Positions 55,532 through 64,000 of a stretch of 64,000 nt of DNA are shown one piece after another. Location: assembly GCA_964608285.1 (NCBI GenBank), contig CAZSNB010000007.1, positions 4,535-68,534 on the forward strand, written 5' to 3'. Positions within the stretch are counted from its first letter, which is position 1. Each line of letters opens with the position of its first letter. Origin of the DNA: an uncultured Bifidobacterium sp. GTDB taxonomy: Bacteria > Actinomycetota > Acidimicrobiia > Acidimicrobiales > Ilumatobacteraceae. Made by a program: the position numbers and the translations under genes. The notes under the pieces are model-generated. The model had not been told where the DNA came from. It searched no databases and saw nothing but the letters and a program-made list of their open reading frames with translations.

Positions 55532-56920
55532 TCAATCGTGCAGGGCGCGGAGCGCCGGTTCGGGATCGTGCAACAGTTCGGTCTGGACGTCGAGTCGCAG
55601 AGTGGGTCGCGAGTCGACATCGAAGCGCGGCCACGACGCGGAACCCGTGCGCGCGAAGCCGACGATCTCGTCGGCGAATCTGGTGGCGAGGTTCCGGGCC
55701 CCGTCGAGCCCCGCGTCCCCGAGCATGAGCCCCGAACCCGGTGCATCGAGATTGTCGAAGGCGAAGGGGATGTCGAGGGCATGTGCCGAGCCGAGCAACC
55801 CGTCGAAGGCCGGCGAGGCCCACGTGAACCAGTACATCCACGAGGGGTTGCCCGTAGCGACGCGCGCCTCGGCCAGTTTCTGGGCCGGACGACGGAACCC
55901 GTGGTCGGTCTGCACCGCCGAGATGAGGTTGAGTGGGCTCTCCCCCGGACGTGCGGCCTCGTAGGCGGCACGCGCCTCTGCGGCACGGTCACCGAAGGCC
56001 CGGGCGAGGTGCTTCTCCCACTGCTCGACAGTGGCACGGGCGAAGTTCGGGTCGAAGGCGAGAAACAAGAGGTTCTCGTCGCGATTCGTCCCCACGCACC
56101 ACGGGACGGGATTCACCGCGGCGGCGGCGAGGATGTCGTCGGGGAGGCCGTCACCTCCACCGGTCGGGGCGAACATGTCGTACTCCACGCCGCCGATGGC
56201 GAGCACCTTGGCCTGTGCCGCCAGCACATCCTCCACCGACAGGGCACGCGCCTCCTCGACACTTCCCACCCCGGCGGCGGCGAGGAACTCGGCCTCCCAC
56301 CGGCGTGCGGACTCGGTGCCGCGCAGTTGGCGAATGGACGGGCTCATCGACCAGGCGCGATGCACGAGACCCTTCGTCGCCGGGGCGGCGAGCAACGACA
56401 CCACGGCCGAACCTCCCGCGGACTCACCGAAAATCGTCACGTTGCCGGGATCACCACCGAAGGCCGTGACGTGGCGCTGCACCCATTCGAGCGCGGTGAT
56501 CTGGTCGAGTAATCCCAGGTTGCGGGTGCCGAGGTACCCGAACGCACCCAGGCGGTAGTTGATGGACACCACCACGGTTCCCCGCGAGGCCAAGCGCGAG
56601 CCGTCGTACCACGCCGCCGATCCCGAACCGTTGAGGTATGCACCGCCATGCACCCACACGAGAACCGGCAGGCTGCCCGGCGCAGCACCCTCGGGAGCGA
56701 AGACGTCGAGGAAAAGGCAGTCTTCGCTCGAGTTCGAGACGTCGGCGCCGAGCATCTTCTCGAGCATCCCCGCAAGCTGCGGACACATCGGACCCGACGT
56801 GCCCAGCTCGTCGCCGGGTGAGTACGGCACCGCGACGGGCGGGGCGAAACGCTCGGCGACGGCGTAGCGAATGCCGCGCACGGTGCGGACGGGCAGAGTC
56901 GAGTCGGTGCTCATGGCCAC
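55532..56920 (-). CDS. Type-B carboxylesterase/lipase (para-nitrobenzyl-esterase-like)
   Basis: VLVWVHGGAYLNGSG (oxyanion HGG), FGESAGG nucleophile elbow. Confidence 0.9.
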   Translation of the reverse strand: MAMSTDSTLPVRTVRGIRYAVAERFAPPVAVPYSPGDELGTSGPMCPQLAGMLEKMLGADVSNSSEDCLFLDVFAPEGAAPGSLPVLVWVHGGAYLNGSGSAAWYDGSRLASRGTVVVSINYRLGAFGYLGTRNLGLLDQITALEWVQRHVTAFGGDPGNVTIFGESAGGSAVVSLLAAPATKGLVHRAWSMSPSIRQLRGTESARRWEAEFLAAAGVGSVEEARALSVEDVLAAQAKVLAIGGVEYDMFAPTGGGDGLPDDILAAAAVNPVPWCVGTNRDENLLFLAFDPNFARATVEQWEKHLARAFGDRAAEARAAYEAARPGESPLNLISAVQTDHGFRRPAQKLAEARVATGNPSWMYWFTWASPAFDGLLGSAHALDIPFAFDNLDAPGSGLMLGDAGLDGARNLATRFADEIVGFARTGSASWPRFDVDSRPTLRLDVQTELLHDPEPALRALHD

Positions 56921-56987
56921 ACCCTATGTCCCCACCCCCGCACCTCGTCCCGTCCGGTGGAGCGCCACCCCCGAGAAACGACACGGG

Positions 56988-57015
56988 CACCGGGAGAACG
57001 GATGCTCTCCCGGTG
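56988..57015 (-). terminator. Candidate intrinsic terminator after glnK
   Basis: Perfect 10-bp stem CACCGGGAGA / TCTCCCGGTG with an 8-nt loop, 22 nt past the glnK stop. The downstream tract on the transcribed strand (CCCGUGUCGUUUCUC) is only weakly U-rich. Confidence 0.4.
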
Positions 57016-57037
57016 CCGAGTCGTCGGGGCGCGCTGC

Positions 57038-58622
<1,585 letters not shown>

Positions 58623-58647
58623 AGGTTTTCTCCGTGAGGTTGTCGAA

Positions 58648-58666
58648 ACCGGTCCCGATGACCGGT
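58648..58666. promoter_or_regulatory. Inverted repeat ACCGGTC-N5-GACCGGT upstream of amtB
   Basis: Perfect 7-bp arms lying 26-44 nt upstream of the amtB ATG, just upstream of its GGAGA SD. Could be an operator or a 5'-UTR hairpin. Confidence 0.25.
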
Positions 58667-58809
58667 GACAGCGAACCTAGGGAGGCACTGTTGCGGGCGT
58701 GTTTCCACGGGGTGAAGGGTCTGCGACCCCTCCATGGCGCGCCCGCAGGGCCGCCCGGGCAACCGCCTCGGCGGGCATACAGTGCGATCCGTAACGATGG
58801 AGGTGGCCG

Positions 58810-59574
58810 GTGAAGGTCTTCGTGCATGGGAATCCCGAGACCGACGACATCTGGGGTCCGTTGCGGGACGAACTGTCCCATCGCGGCGTCGACGACACGA
58901 TGTGCCTGTCGCCGCCCGGGTTCGGAGCCGCGGTGCCATCCGGGTGGCGGGCCACGCGCCGGGAGTACGTCGGATGGTTGACGGCCGAGGTCCGGCGCCT
59001 GTCCGCGGATTCCGGTGGACCCGTTCATCTCGTCGGCCACGACTGGGGGGCGGGCCACGTGTTCGGCGTGCTCGCCGACGAGCCGGACCTCGTCCGGTCG
59101 TGGGCGGCGGACTGTGCGGGCCTCCTGCACCCCGACTACCTCTGGCACGACGCCGCCCGGCAGTGGCAGACACCGGGAGAAGGTGAGGCGGCCGTCGAGG
59201 GTCTCCTCTCCCTCGATGCCGACACCTTCGCCGCTGTGTTTGGTGCGCTCGGGATGACCGATGCCGTGGCCCGCAGGGTGCACGACCGCTTGGACGGCGA
59301 CACGGGCCGTTGCATCCTCGCGCTCTATCGCGACGCCGCCCAGCCGGCCATGGGCGAACTGGGTGCGCGCTTCGTCGCCGCGGCACCACCGCGCGGACTG
59401 GTCCTGCTGGCCGAGAACGACTCCTACGCCGGTCCCCACGTGACGCATCGCGCCATCGCGTCGGCGGTGGGTGCCGATGTCGTCGAGCTCGCTGGTGTCG
59501 GTCACTGGTGGATGACGGAGAACCCCGCACCGGCGGCCGACGCACTCGTGGCGCACTGGCGACGTCACGCCTGA
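58810..59574 (+). CDS. Alpha/beta hydrolase (epoxide hydrolase/dehalogenase-like elbow)
   Basis: GTG after GGAGG. VFVHGNPETDDIW, LVGHDWGAGHV (Asp nucleophile elbow), C-terminal GVGHWWMTENP. Confidence 0.75.
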   Translation: MKVFVHGNPETDDIWGPLRDELSHRGVDDTMCLSPPGFGAAVPSGWRATRREYVGWLTAEVRRLSADSGGPVHLVGHDWGAGHVFGVLADEPDLVRSWAADCAGLLHPDYLWHDAARQWQTPGEGEAAVEGLLSLDADTFAAVFGALGMTDAVARRVHDRLDGDTGRCILALYRDAAQPAMGELGARFVAAAPPRGLVLLAENDSYAGPHVTHRAIASAVGADVVELAGVGHWWMTENPAPAADALVAHWRRHA

Positions 59575-59625
59575 CCGTCGGGACGTCCGACGACGAACGT
59601 GCGGACGGCTAGGCTCGTCGTTCCC

Positions 59626-60606
59626 ATGGCAACGGATCTCCACGACACATCGGTGCGGGCCCGCGGACTGGTCAAGCGCTACGGCGACGTCACCGCCCTC
59701 GGCGGTCTCGACCTCGACGTCGCCGCCGGGACGGTGCTCGGACTGCTCGGCCCGAACGGCGCCGGCAAGACGACTGCGGTCTCCATCCTCACGACGCTCG
59801 TCACTCCCGACGCCGGATCGGCGACCGTGGCGGGGGTGGACATCGCCGCCGATCCCCGGGGGGTGCGTTCGCGCATCGGGCTCTCGGGACAGTACGCAGC
59901 AGTGGACGAAAACCTCACCGCCACGGAGAACCTGGAGATGATCGCCCGGCTCTACGGCATGCCCAAGCGCGAGGCTCGGGCGCGCGGCATCGCCCTCATC
60001 GAACAGTTCCGTCTCGACGACGCAGCCGACCGTCCGCTCAAGACGTTCTCGGGCGGCATGCGGCGCCGCATCGACCTGGCCGGCGCCCTCGTGGCCGACC
60101 CGCCCGTTCTGTTCCTCGACGAACCGACCACCGGTCTCGATCCGCGCAGCCGCGGCGAACTGTGGGAGACCATCCGCGGGAGGGTGCGCGGCGGCACGAC
60201 GGTGCTGCTCACCACCCAGTACCTCGAGGAGGCCGACCAACTGGCTGACGAGATAGTCGTCATCGACCACGGTCGCGCCATCGCCCGCGGGACCGCCGAT
60301 GAGCTCAAGCGCCGGGTCGGGGGCGAGCACCTGGACGTGCGCATCGTGTCGACCGCGCGACTTGCCGAGACCGAGCGCATCCTCGCCGCCATAGCCTCCG
60401 GTCCCTTGCGCGTGCACGCCGACGAGGGAGAGGTGTCGGCCCCCGTCGAACGCGGTGTCGAGGCCCTGAGCACGGTGTTGCGCCGGATGGAGGATGCGGG
60501 GATCGAGCTCGTCGACATCGGCCTGCGCCGTCCCACCCTCGACGACGTGTTCATGGAACTGACCGGCCACGAGGCGACGGAGAACGAAGGAGGGACGGCG
60601 CCATGA
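59626..60606 (+). CDS. ABC transporter ATP-binding protein (DrrA-like)
   Basis: Walker A GPNGAGKTT, signature FSGGMRRR, Walker B LFLDEPTTGLD. ATG 59626 chosen over the track GTG 59599. Confidence 0.92.
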   Translation: MATDLHDTSVRARGLVKRYGDVTALGGLDLDVAAGTVLGLLGPNGAGKTTAVSILTTLVTPDAGSATVAGVDIAADPRGVRSRIGLSGQYAAVDENLTATENLEMIARLYGMPKREARARGIALIEQFRLDDAADRPLKTFSGGMRRRIDLAGALVADPPVLFLDEPTTGLDPRSRGELWETIRGRVRGGTTVLLTTQYLEEADQLADEIVVIDHGRAIARGTADELKRRVGGEHLDVRIVSTARLAETERILAAIASGPLRVHADEGEVSAPVERGVEALSTVLRRMEDAGIELVDIGLRRPTLDDVFMELTGHEATENEGGTAP

Positions 60607-61394
60607 GCCTCGTGCGTGACTCCCTCATCGTGGCCAAGCGCAACATGATCCGCATCAGGCGCGTCCCGGACGTGATGGTCTTCGTTCTCCTCCAGCCCCT
60701 CATGTTCGTCCTGCTCTTCGCCTACGTCTTCGGCGGTTCCATCGACATCGCGGGCAGCACGTACCGCGAGTTCCTCATCGCCGGCATCTTCTCCCAGACC
60801 GTGGTGTTCGGGGCCACGTTCACCGGGTCGGGTCTGGCGGAGGACATGCAGAAGGGACTCATCAACCGCTTCCGGTCACTTCCCATGTCCCGCTCCGCGG
60901 TGGTGGCCGGCCGCACCCTGAGCGACGTCATCTACAACGCCCTGTCGGTGGTCGTGATGTCGATCGCCGGCCTGGCTGTCGGGTGGCGTATCCGCGGCTC
61001 CGTCCTCGACGCCGTGGCGGGTTACGCGCTCCTGTTGTTCTTCGCCTACGCCTTTTCCTGGGTGATGGCCTGCATCGGGCTGGTCGTCTCCACCCCCGAG
61101 GTCGTCAACAACGCGTCGTTCATGGTGCTCTTCCCCATGACGTTCATCGCCAACACCTTCGTGCCGTCCGACAACCTGCCGGGTGTCCTGCGCACCATCG
61201 CCGAGTGGAACCCCGTCTCCACCCTCACCCACGCCGTGCGCGAGAGGTTCGGGAACATCCCCGCGGGCACGCCCGATCCGACCTCGTGGCCCCTGCAGAA
61301 CAGCGTCCTGTACTCGCTTCTCTGGGCGTTCGCGCTCATCGTCGTCTTCGCCCCCATCGCCACGCGTCTCTACCGGCGCGCCGGCGCCCGCTGA
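60603..61394 (+). CDS. ABC-2-type transporter permease (DrrB-like)
   Basis: ATGA overlap with the ATPase stop. Six hydrophobic helices. NPVSTLTHAVRE motif region typical of ABC-2 permeases. Confidence 0.85.
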   Translation: MSLVRDSLIVAKRNMIRIRRVPDVMVFVLLQPLMFVLLFAYVFGGSIDIAGSTYREFLIAGIFSQTVVFGATFTGSGLAEDMQKGLINRFRSLPMSRSAVVAGRTLSDVIYNALSVVVMSIAGLAVGWRIRGSVLDAVAGYALLLFFAYAFSWVMACIGLVVSTPEVVNNASFMVLFPMTFIANTFVPSDNLPGVLRTIAEWNPVSTLTHAVRERFGNIPAGTPDPTSWPLQNSVLYSLLWAFALIVVFAPIATRLYRRAGAR

Positions 61395-61404
61395 CCCGGG
61401 ACGC

Positions 61405-62436
61405 TCAGGTCGGCATCGCCGCGACGATCGGGGCCAGCTCCGTCGGCGTCGCTCCGTGCATGATGACGCCGTCGCATCCGAGGTCGAACTGGGCCCGCAC
61501 CGTGGCGGCACACTGCTCCGGCGACCCGGTGGCCGCCGGCGCCAGCCATTCCTCGGGGATGAGCGGTGCCACCCTCTCCAGGTCGGCGGTCGTGCCCTTG
61601 GCATCGAGGGCACCGGGGAAGGTACGCACGAACTCGTCGGCACGGAACCGCTCGAGAACGGCGGGGTCCCATCCGTTCGTGCGCACCATGAGGTCGCCGT
61701 AGGCCTGCAGGTAGGTGGCGAGGCGTCCGACCGTCTTCTTGAGCCGCAGGTCGGGGTCGATGTGGTCGCCCACGGTCGCGAGGCACGACCACACCTGCAC
61801 GCTGTCGGGGTTGCGGCCCGCTCGCTCGGCCGATCGCTTCACGGTGCGCACGGCGCGGGCCGTGGTCTCGTCGGTGAAGAACGTGTGCAGGATCACGAGG
61901 TCGAAGGCGCGTCCGGCCATCTCGAGGGTGCGAGGTCCGAACGCGGTGACCGCGAGCGGGATGTCGAGGCGGAAGTCCGGGTCGAGCCGCAGGACGGGAT
62001 AGCTGCCCGTCAGGTCCGAATGTCCGAGCACGGTCTCGCCCCGCCAGAGACGGCGCATGAGTCCGGCGAACTGCTCCAGCGACTCGGTGGTGGCCAGGTC
62101 CATCCCGAAGGCGCGGAACATCACGTCGATGCCGCGTCCGAGACCGAGCGTGAAACGACCATTCGACAGGAGATGCAACGTGCTCGCCCAGGAGGCGGTG
62201 ACGGCCGGATGGCGCGTCGTGTGGTTCGTCGCTCCGGTGACGATCTGCAGCGAACTGGTGGATGCGACGGCCGCACCGGTGAGGGCACCGGCCTCCTTGA
62301 TGGTGAAGCGTTCGGAGATGAAGGCGGCTCCGAGACCCATCTGCTCGGCCGCAGCGAGCTCATCGAACATCTCCCGCGGCGAGGAGGGTGCTCCCGCCAG
62401 GGTGTAGAAGCCGAGCCGAGGATGGATCACCGTCAC
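61405..62436 (-). CDS. Luciferase-like (LLM) flavin/F420-dependent oxidoreductase
   Basis: GLGAAFISERF, GRFTLGLGRGI, TIM-barrel LLM pattern. 343 aa. Confidence 0.85.
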   Translation of the reverse strand: MTVIHPRLGFYTLAGAPSSPREMFDELAAAEQMGLGAAFISERFTIKEAGALTGAAVASTSSLQIVTGATNHTTRHPAVTASWASTLHLLSNGRFTLGLGRGIDVMFRAFGMDLATTESLEQFAGLMRRLWRGETVLGHSDLTGSYPVLRLDPDFRLDIPLAVTAFGPRTLEMAGRAFDLVILHTFFTDETTARAVRTVKRSAERAGRNPDSVQVWSCLATVGDHIDPDLRLKKTVGRLATYLQAYGDLMVRTNGWDPAVLERFRADEFVRTFPGALDAKGTTADLERVAPLIPEEWLAPAATGSPEQCAATVRAQFDLGCDGVIMHGATPTELAPIVAAMPT

Positions 62437-62446
62437 GGAGGTGTGT

Positions 62447-63073
62447 CTAGTGCATCGGTGACAGGCCCATGCGCACGGCCTGGGCTTCGACCATCTCGGT
62501 CATGAGCGTGATGACGTCGTCGATGTGACGGTCGAGGCCAGTGCCCGCGGGCAACTTGTTCTCGAGAGGTCCGTCGACGACGAGAGTGGCGAGCCCGTGG
62601 GCCGTCGCCCACAGGAGCGTGGCCCATGTTCCGGCGTCCCTGTCGCCGGAGGGAAGCCCGATCGTGCGCTCGACCATCCGCTGCAGTTCGCTGTAGGTCT
62701 CGTCGGCGGCGAGACGCGCCGCCTCGTTCGTGTCGAGACCGCACAGATCGCGACGGAACATGACCCGGAAGTGCGCCGGGTGCTCGATGGCGGTGCGCAC
62801 GTAGGCCTCGAAGCACCCGCGGGCAGGGCGGGTCTCGGTGCCGATGACCCGGGTGAACCGGGCGCCGAGGAGTGCGAATCCCTCGGTGGCGATGGCGGCG
62901 AAGATGCCCGCCCGGTCCCCGAAGTGGTGGTACGGCGCCTGGTGGCTGACCCCGGAACGCCGGGCCACCTCGCGCATCGAGAGTTGGTCGGGGCCGTCGA
63001 CGGCGATGATGTCGAGGGCCGCATCGAGCACCTGTCGTTTCACGTCCACGACCTGCACCGTACTTCTTGACAT
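62447..63073 (-). CDS. TetR-family transcriptional regulator (ATG 63073; TTG 63079 also possible)
   Basis: HTH LSMREVARRSGVSHQAPYHHF. Helical C-terminal ligand domain. Confidence 0.9.
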   Translation of the reverse strand: MSRSTVQVVDVKRQVLDAALDIIAVDGPDQLSMREVARRSGVSHQAPYHHFGDRAGIFAAIATEGFALLGARFTRVIGTETRPARGCFEAYVRTAIEHPAHFRVMFRRDLCGLDTNEAARLAADETYSELQRMVERTIGLPSGDRDAGTWATLLWATAHGLATLVVDGPLENKLPAGTGLDRHIDDVITLMTEMVEAQAVRMGLSPMH

Positions 63074-63103
63074 TGTCAAGAAAGGCTACTAGACAATGTC
63101 AAG
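63066..63103. promoter_or_regulatory. Two near-identical 15-bp palindromic operator candidates in the TetR/MFS intergenic region
   Basis: CTTGACA-T-TGTCAAG (63066-63080, perfect 7-1-7) and CTAGACA-A-TGTCAAG (63089-63103, one mismatch), centres 23 bp apart. Each contains or mirrors a TTGACA hexamer. Confidence 0.6.
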
Positions 63104-63104
63104 C

Positions 63105-64000
63105 ATGACGACGCCCATGGACAGCCACCCCGCCGGAGGTTCCGGCACCCCGACCTCACGCGCCTACGAGCGGAGGTGGTGGGTGCTCCTCGTGCTCAGC
63201 GCGAGCGTGTTCATGGTCGTGGTCGACAACCTCATCATCAACGTCGCCCTCCCCACGCTGCAACGGGAGCTGGACGCCTCCACCACCTCGCTGCAGTGGA
63301 TTGTCGATGCCTACGCCCTCGTCTTCGCCGGACTCCTGCTCGCCGGCGGCGGCATCGGCGACCGGATCGGTCGCAAGCGGGCCATGCAGATCGGTCTCGT
63401 CCTCTTCGCCGTTTTCAGCGCGTTCGGCGCGTTCGCCGACTCGAGCTCCGGCCTCATCATCTGGCGCGGGGCCATGGGCATCGGCGCCGCTCTCGTGTTC
63501 CCGGCAACGCTCGCGATCATCACGAACCTGTTCGTCGACCCCGTCGAGCGGGCCAAGGCCATCGGTCTGTGGTCGGCCGTGTCGGGCATGGCGGTGGCCT
63601 TCGGCCCGGTTGCGGGAGGCTTCCTCCTCGAGCACTTCTGGTGGGGATCGGTGTTCCTCATCAACGTGCCGATCGTCGCCCTCGCGCTCCTCGCCGGTCA
63701 CTTCCTCGTCCCCGAGTCGCGCGACCACGACCATGGACGCTTCGACGTGGTGGGGGTCGTCCTCTCGATCGCCACCATTGGCGTTCTCGTCTTCACCGTC
63801 ATCGAGTCCCCGCACTGGGGGTGGGGCAGTTTCGCCTCGAACAGCGGCTTCGTCGGTGCGGCGGTGCTGCTGTGGATGTTCATCCGCCACGAGAATCGGC
63901 GCCAGGACCCCCTTCTGGAACTCACGTTCTTCCGCAATCCCCGCTTCAGTGCGGCGACCAGCTCGATCGGCATCGCGTTCCTCGCGCTCTTCGGCTTCAC
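63105..64000 (+). CDS. MFS drug:H+ antiporter, DHA2 (EmrB/QacA-like), N-terminal part (continues past the right edge)
   Basis: Not in the ORF track (open-ended). My translation from ATG 63105: MTTPMDSHPAGG...RRWWVLLVLSASVFMVVVDNLIINVALPTLQREL...LQWIVDAYALVFAGLLLAGGGIGDRIGRKR...FLINVPI. Confidence 0.9.
   Translation, partial: MTTPMDSHPAGGSGTPTSRAYERRWWVLLVLSASVFMVVVDNLIINVALPTLQRELDASTTSLQWIVDAYALVFAGLLLAGGGIGDRIGRKRAMQIGLVLFAVFSAFGAFADSSSGLIIWRGAMGIGAALVFPATLAIITNLFVDPVERAKAIGLWSAVSGMAVAFGPVAGGFLLEHFWWGSVFLINVPIVALALLAGHFLVPESRDHDHGRFDVVGVVLSIATIGVLVFTVIESPHWGWGSFASNSGFVGAAVLLWMFIRHENRRQDPLLELTFFRNPRFSAATSSIGIAFLALFGF

Noticed and set aside
58623-58720. GlnR box (gTnAc-n6-GaAAc) or AmtR box upstream of amtB.
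   Set aside because: GAAAC, GTGAC and GAACC pentamers are present, but their spacings (1 and 3 nt) do not fit the n6 rule. Only the ACCGGTC-N5-GACCGGT inverted repeat is reported.

Overview
High-G+C actinobacterial-type chromosomal segment, almost fully coding, with about 62 credible CDS. I saw no rRNA, tRNA, CRISPR, transposase, integrase or phage genes.

The left third is core metabolism:
- purH (partial), sucD and sucC, headed by a stand-alone B12-binding domain gene.
- pcrA, a ferredoxin-P450 pair, yaaA, an NlpC/P60 endopeptidase and guaA.
- An FMN-riboswitch-controlled ribD-ribBA-ribH operon that lacks riboflavin synthase, followed by a secreted prokaryotic phospholipase A2.

The rest is mainly accessory redox and lipid-type metabolism:
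- Two SDRs, two LLM oxidoreductases, an acyl-CoA dehydrogenase, an acyl-CoA ligase and an enoyl-CoA hydratase.
- A second P450 with a Zn-ADH, a BVMO, dehalogenase-like and other alpha/beta hydrolases, a carboxylesterase, an alkyl sulfatase and a GH38 mannosidase.
- Divergent ppx/ppk1 with a PHO-box-like repeat, amtB-glnK, a DrrAB-like ABC exporter, and a TetR/MFS pair with twin palindromic operators.

Best candidates for something undescribed:
- A co-directional three-gene envelope module at 36890-39665: a vWA/MIDAS-like lipoprotein, a 4-TM protein with large soluble termini, and an OmpA-like peptidoglycan-binding protein.
- An orphan 557-aa lipoprotein at 22607-24280.
- A small lipoprotein plus acidic helical secreted protein pair at 42442-43571.
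- A lower-G+C GLUG-repeat LPETG surface protein wedged into a BVMO/esterase neighbourhood at 53970-55511.

All calls rest on my reading of translated motifs. No database search was run. The many long ORFs antisense to these genes are treated as high-G+C artefacts.
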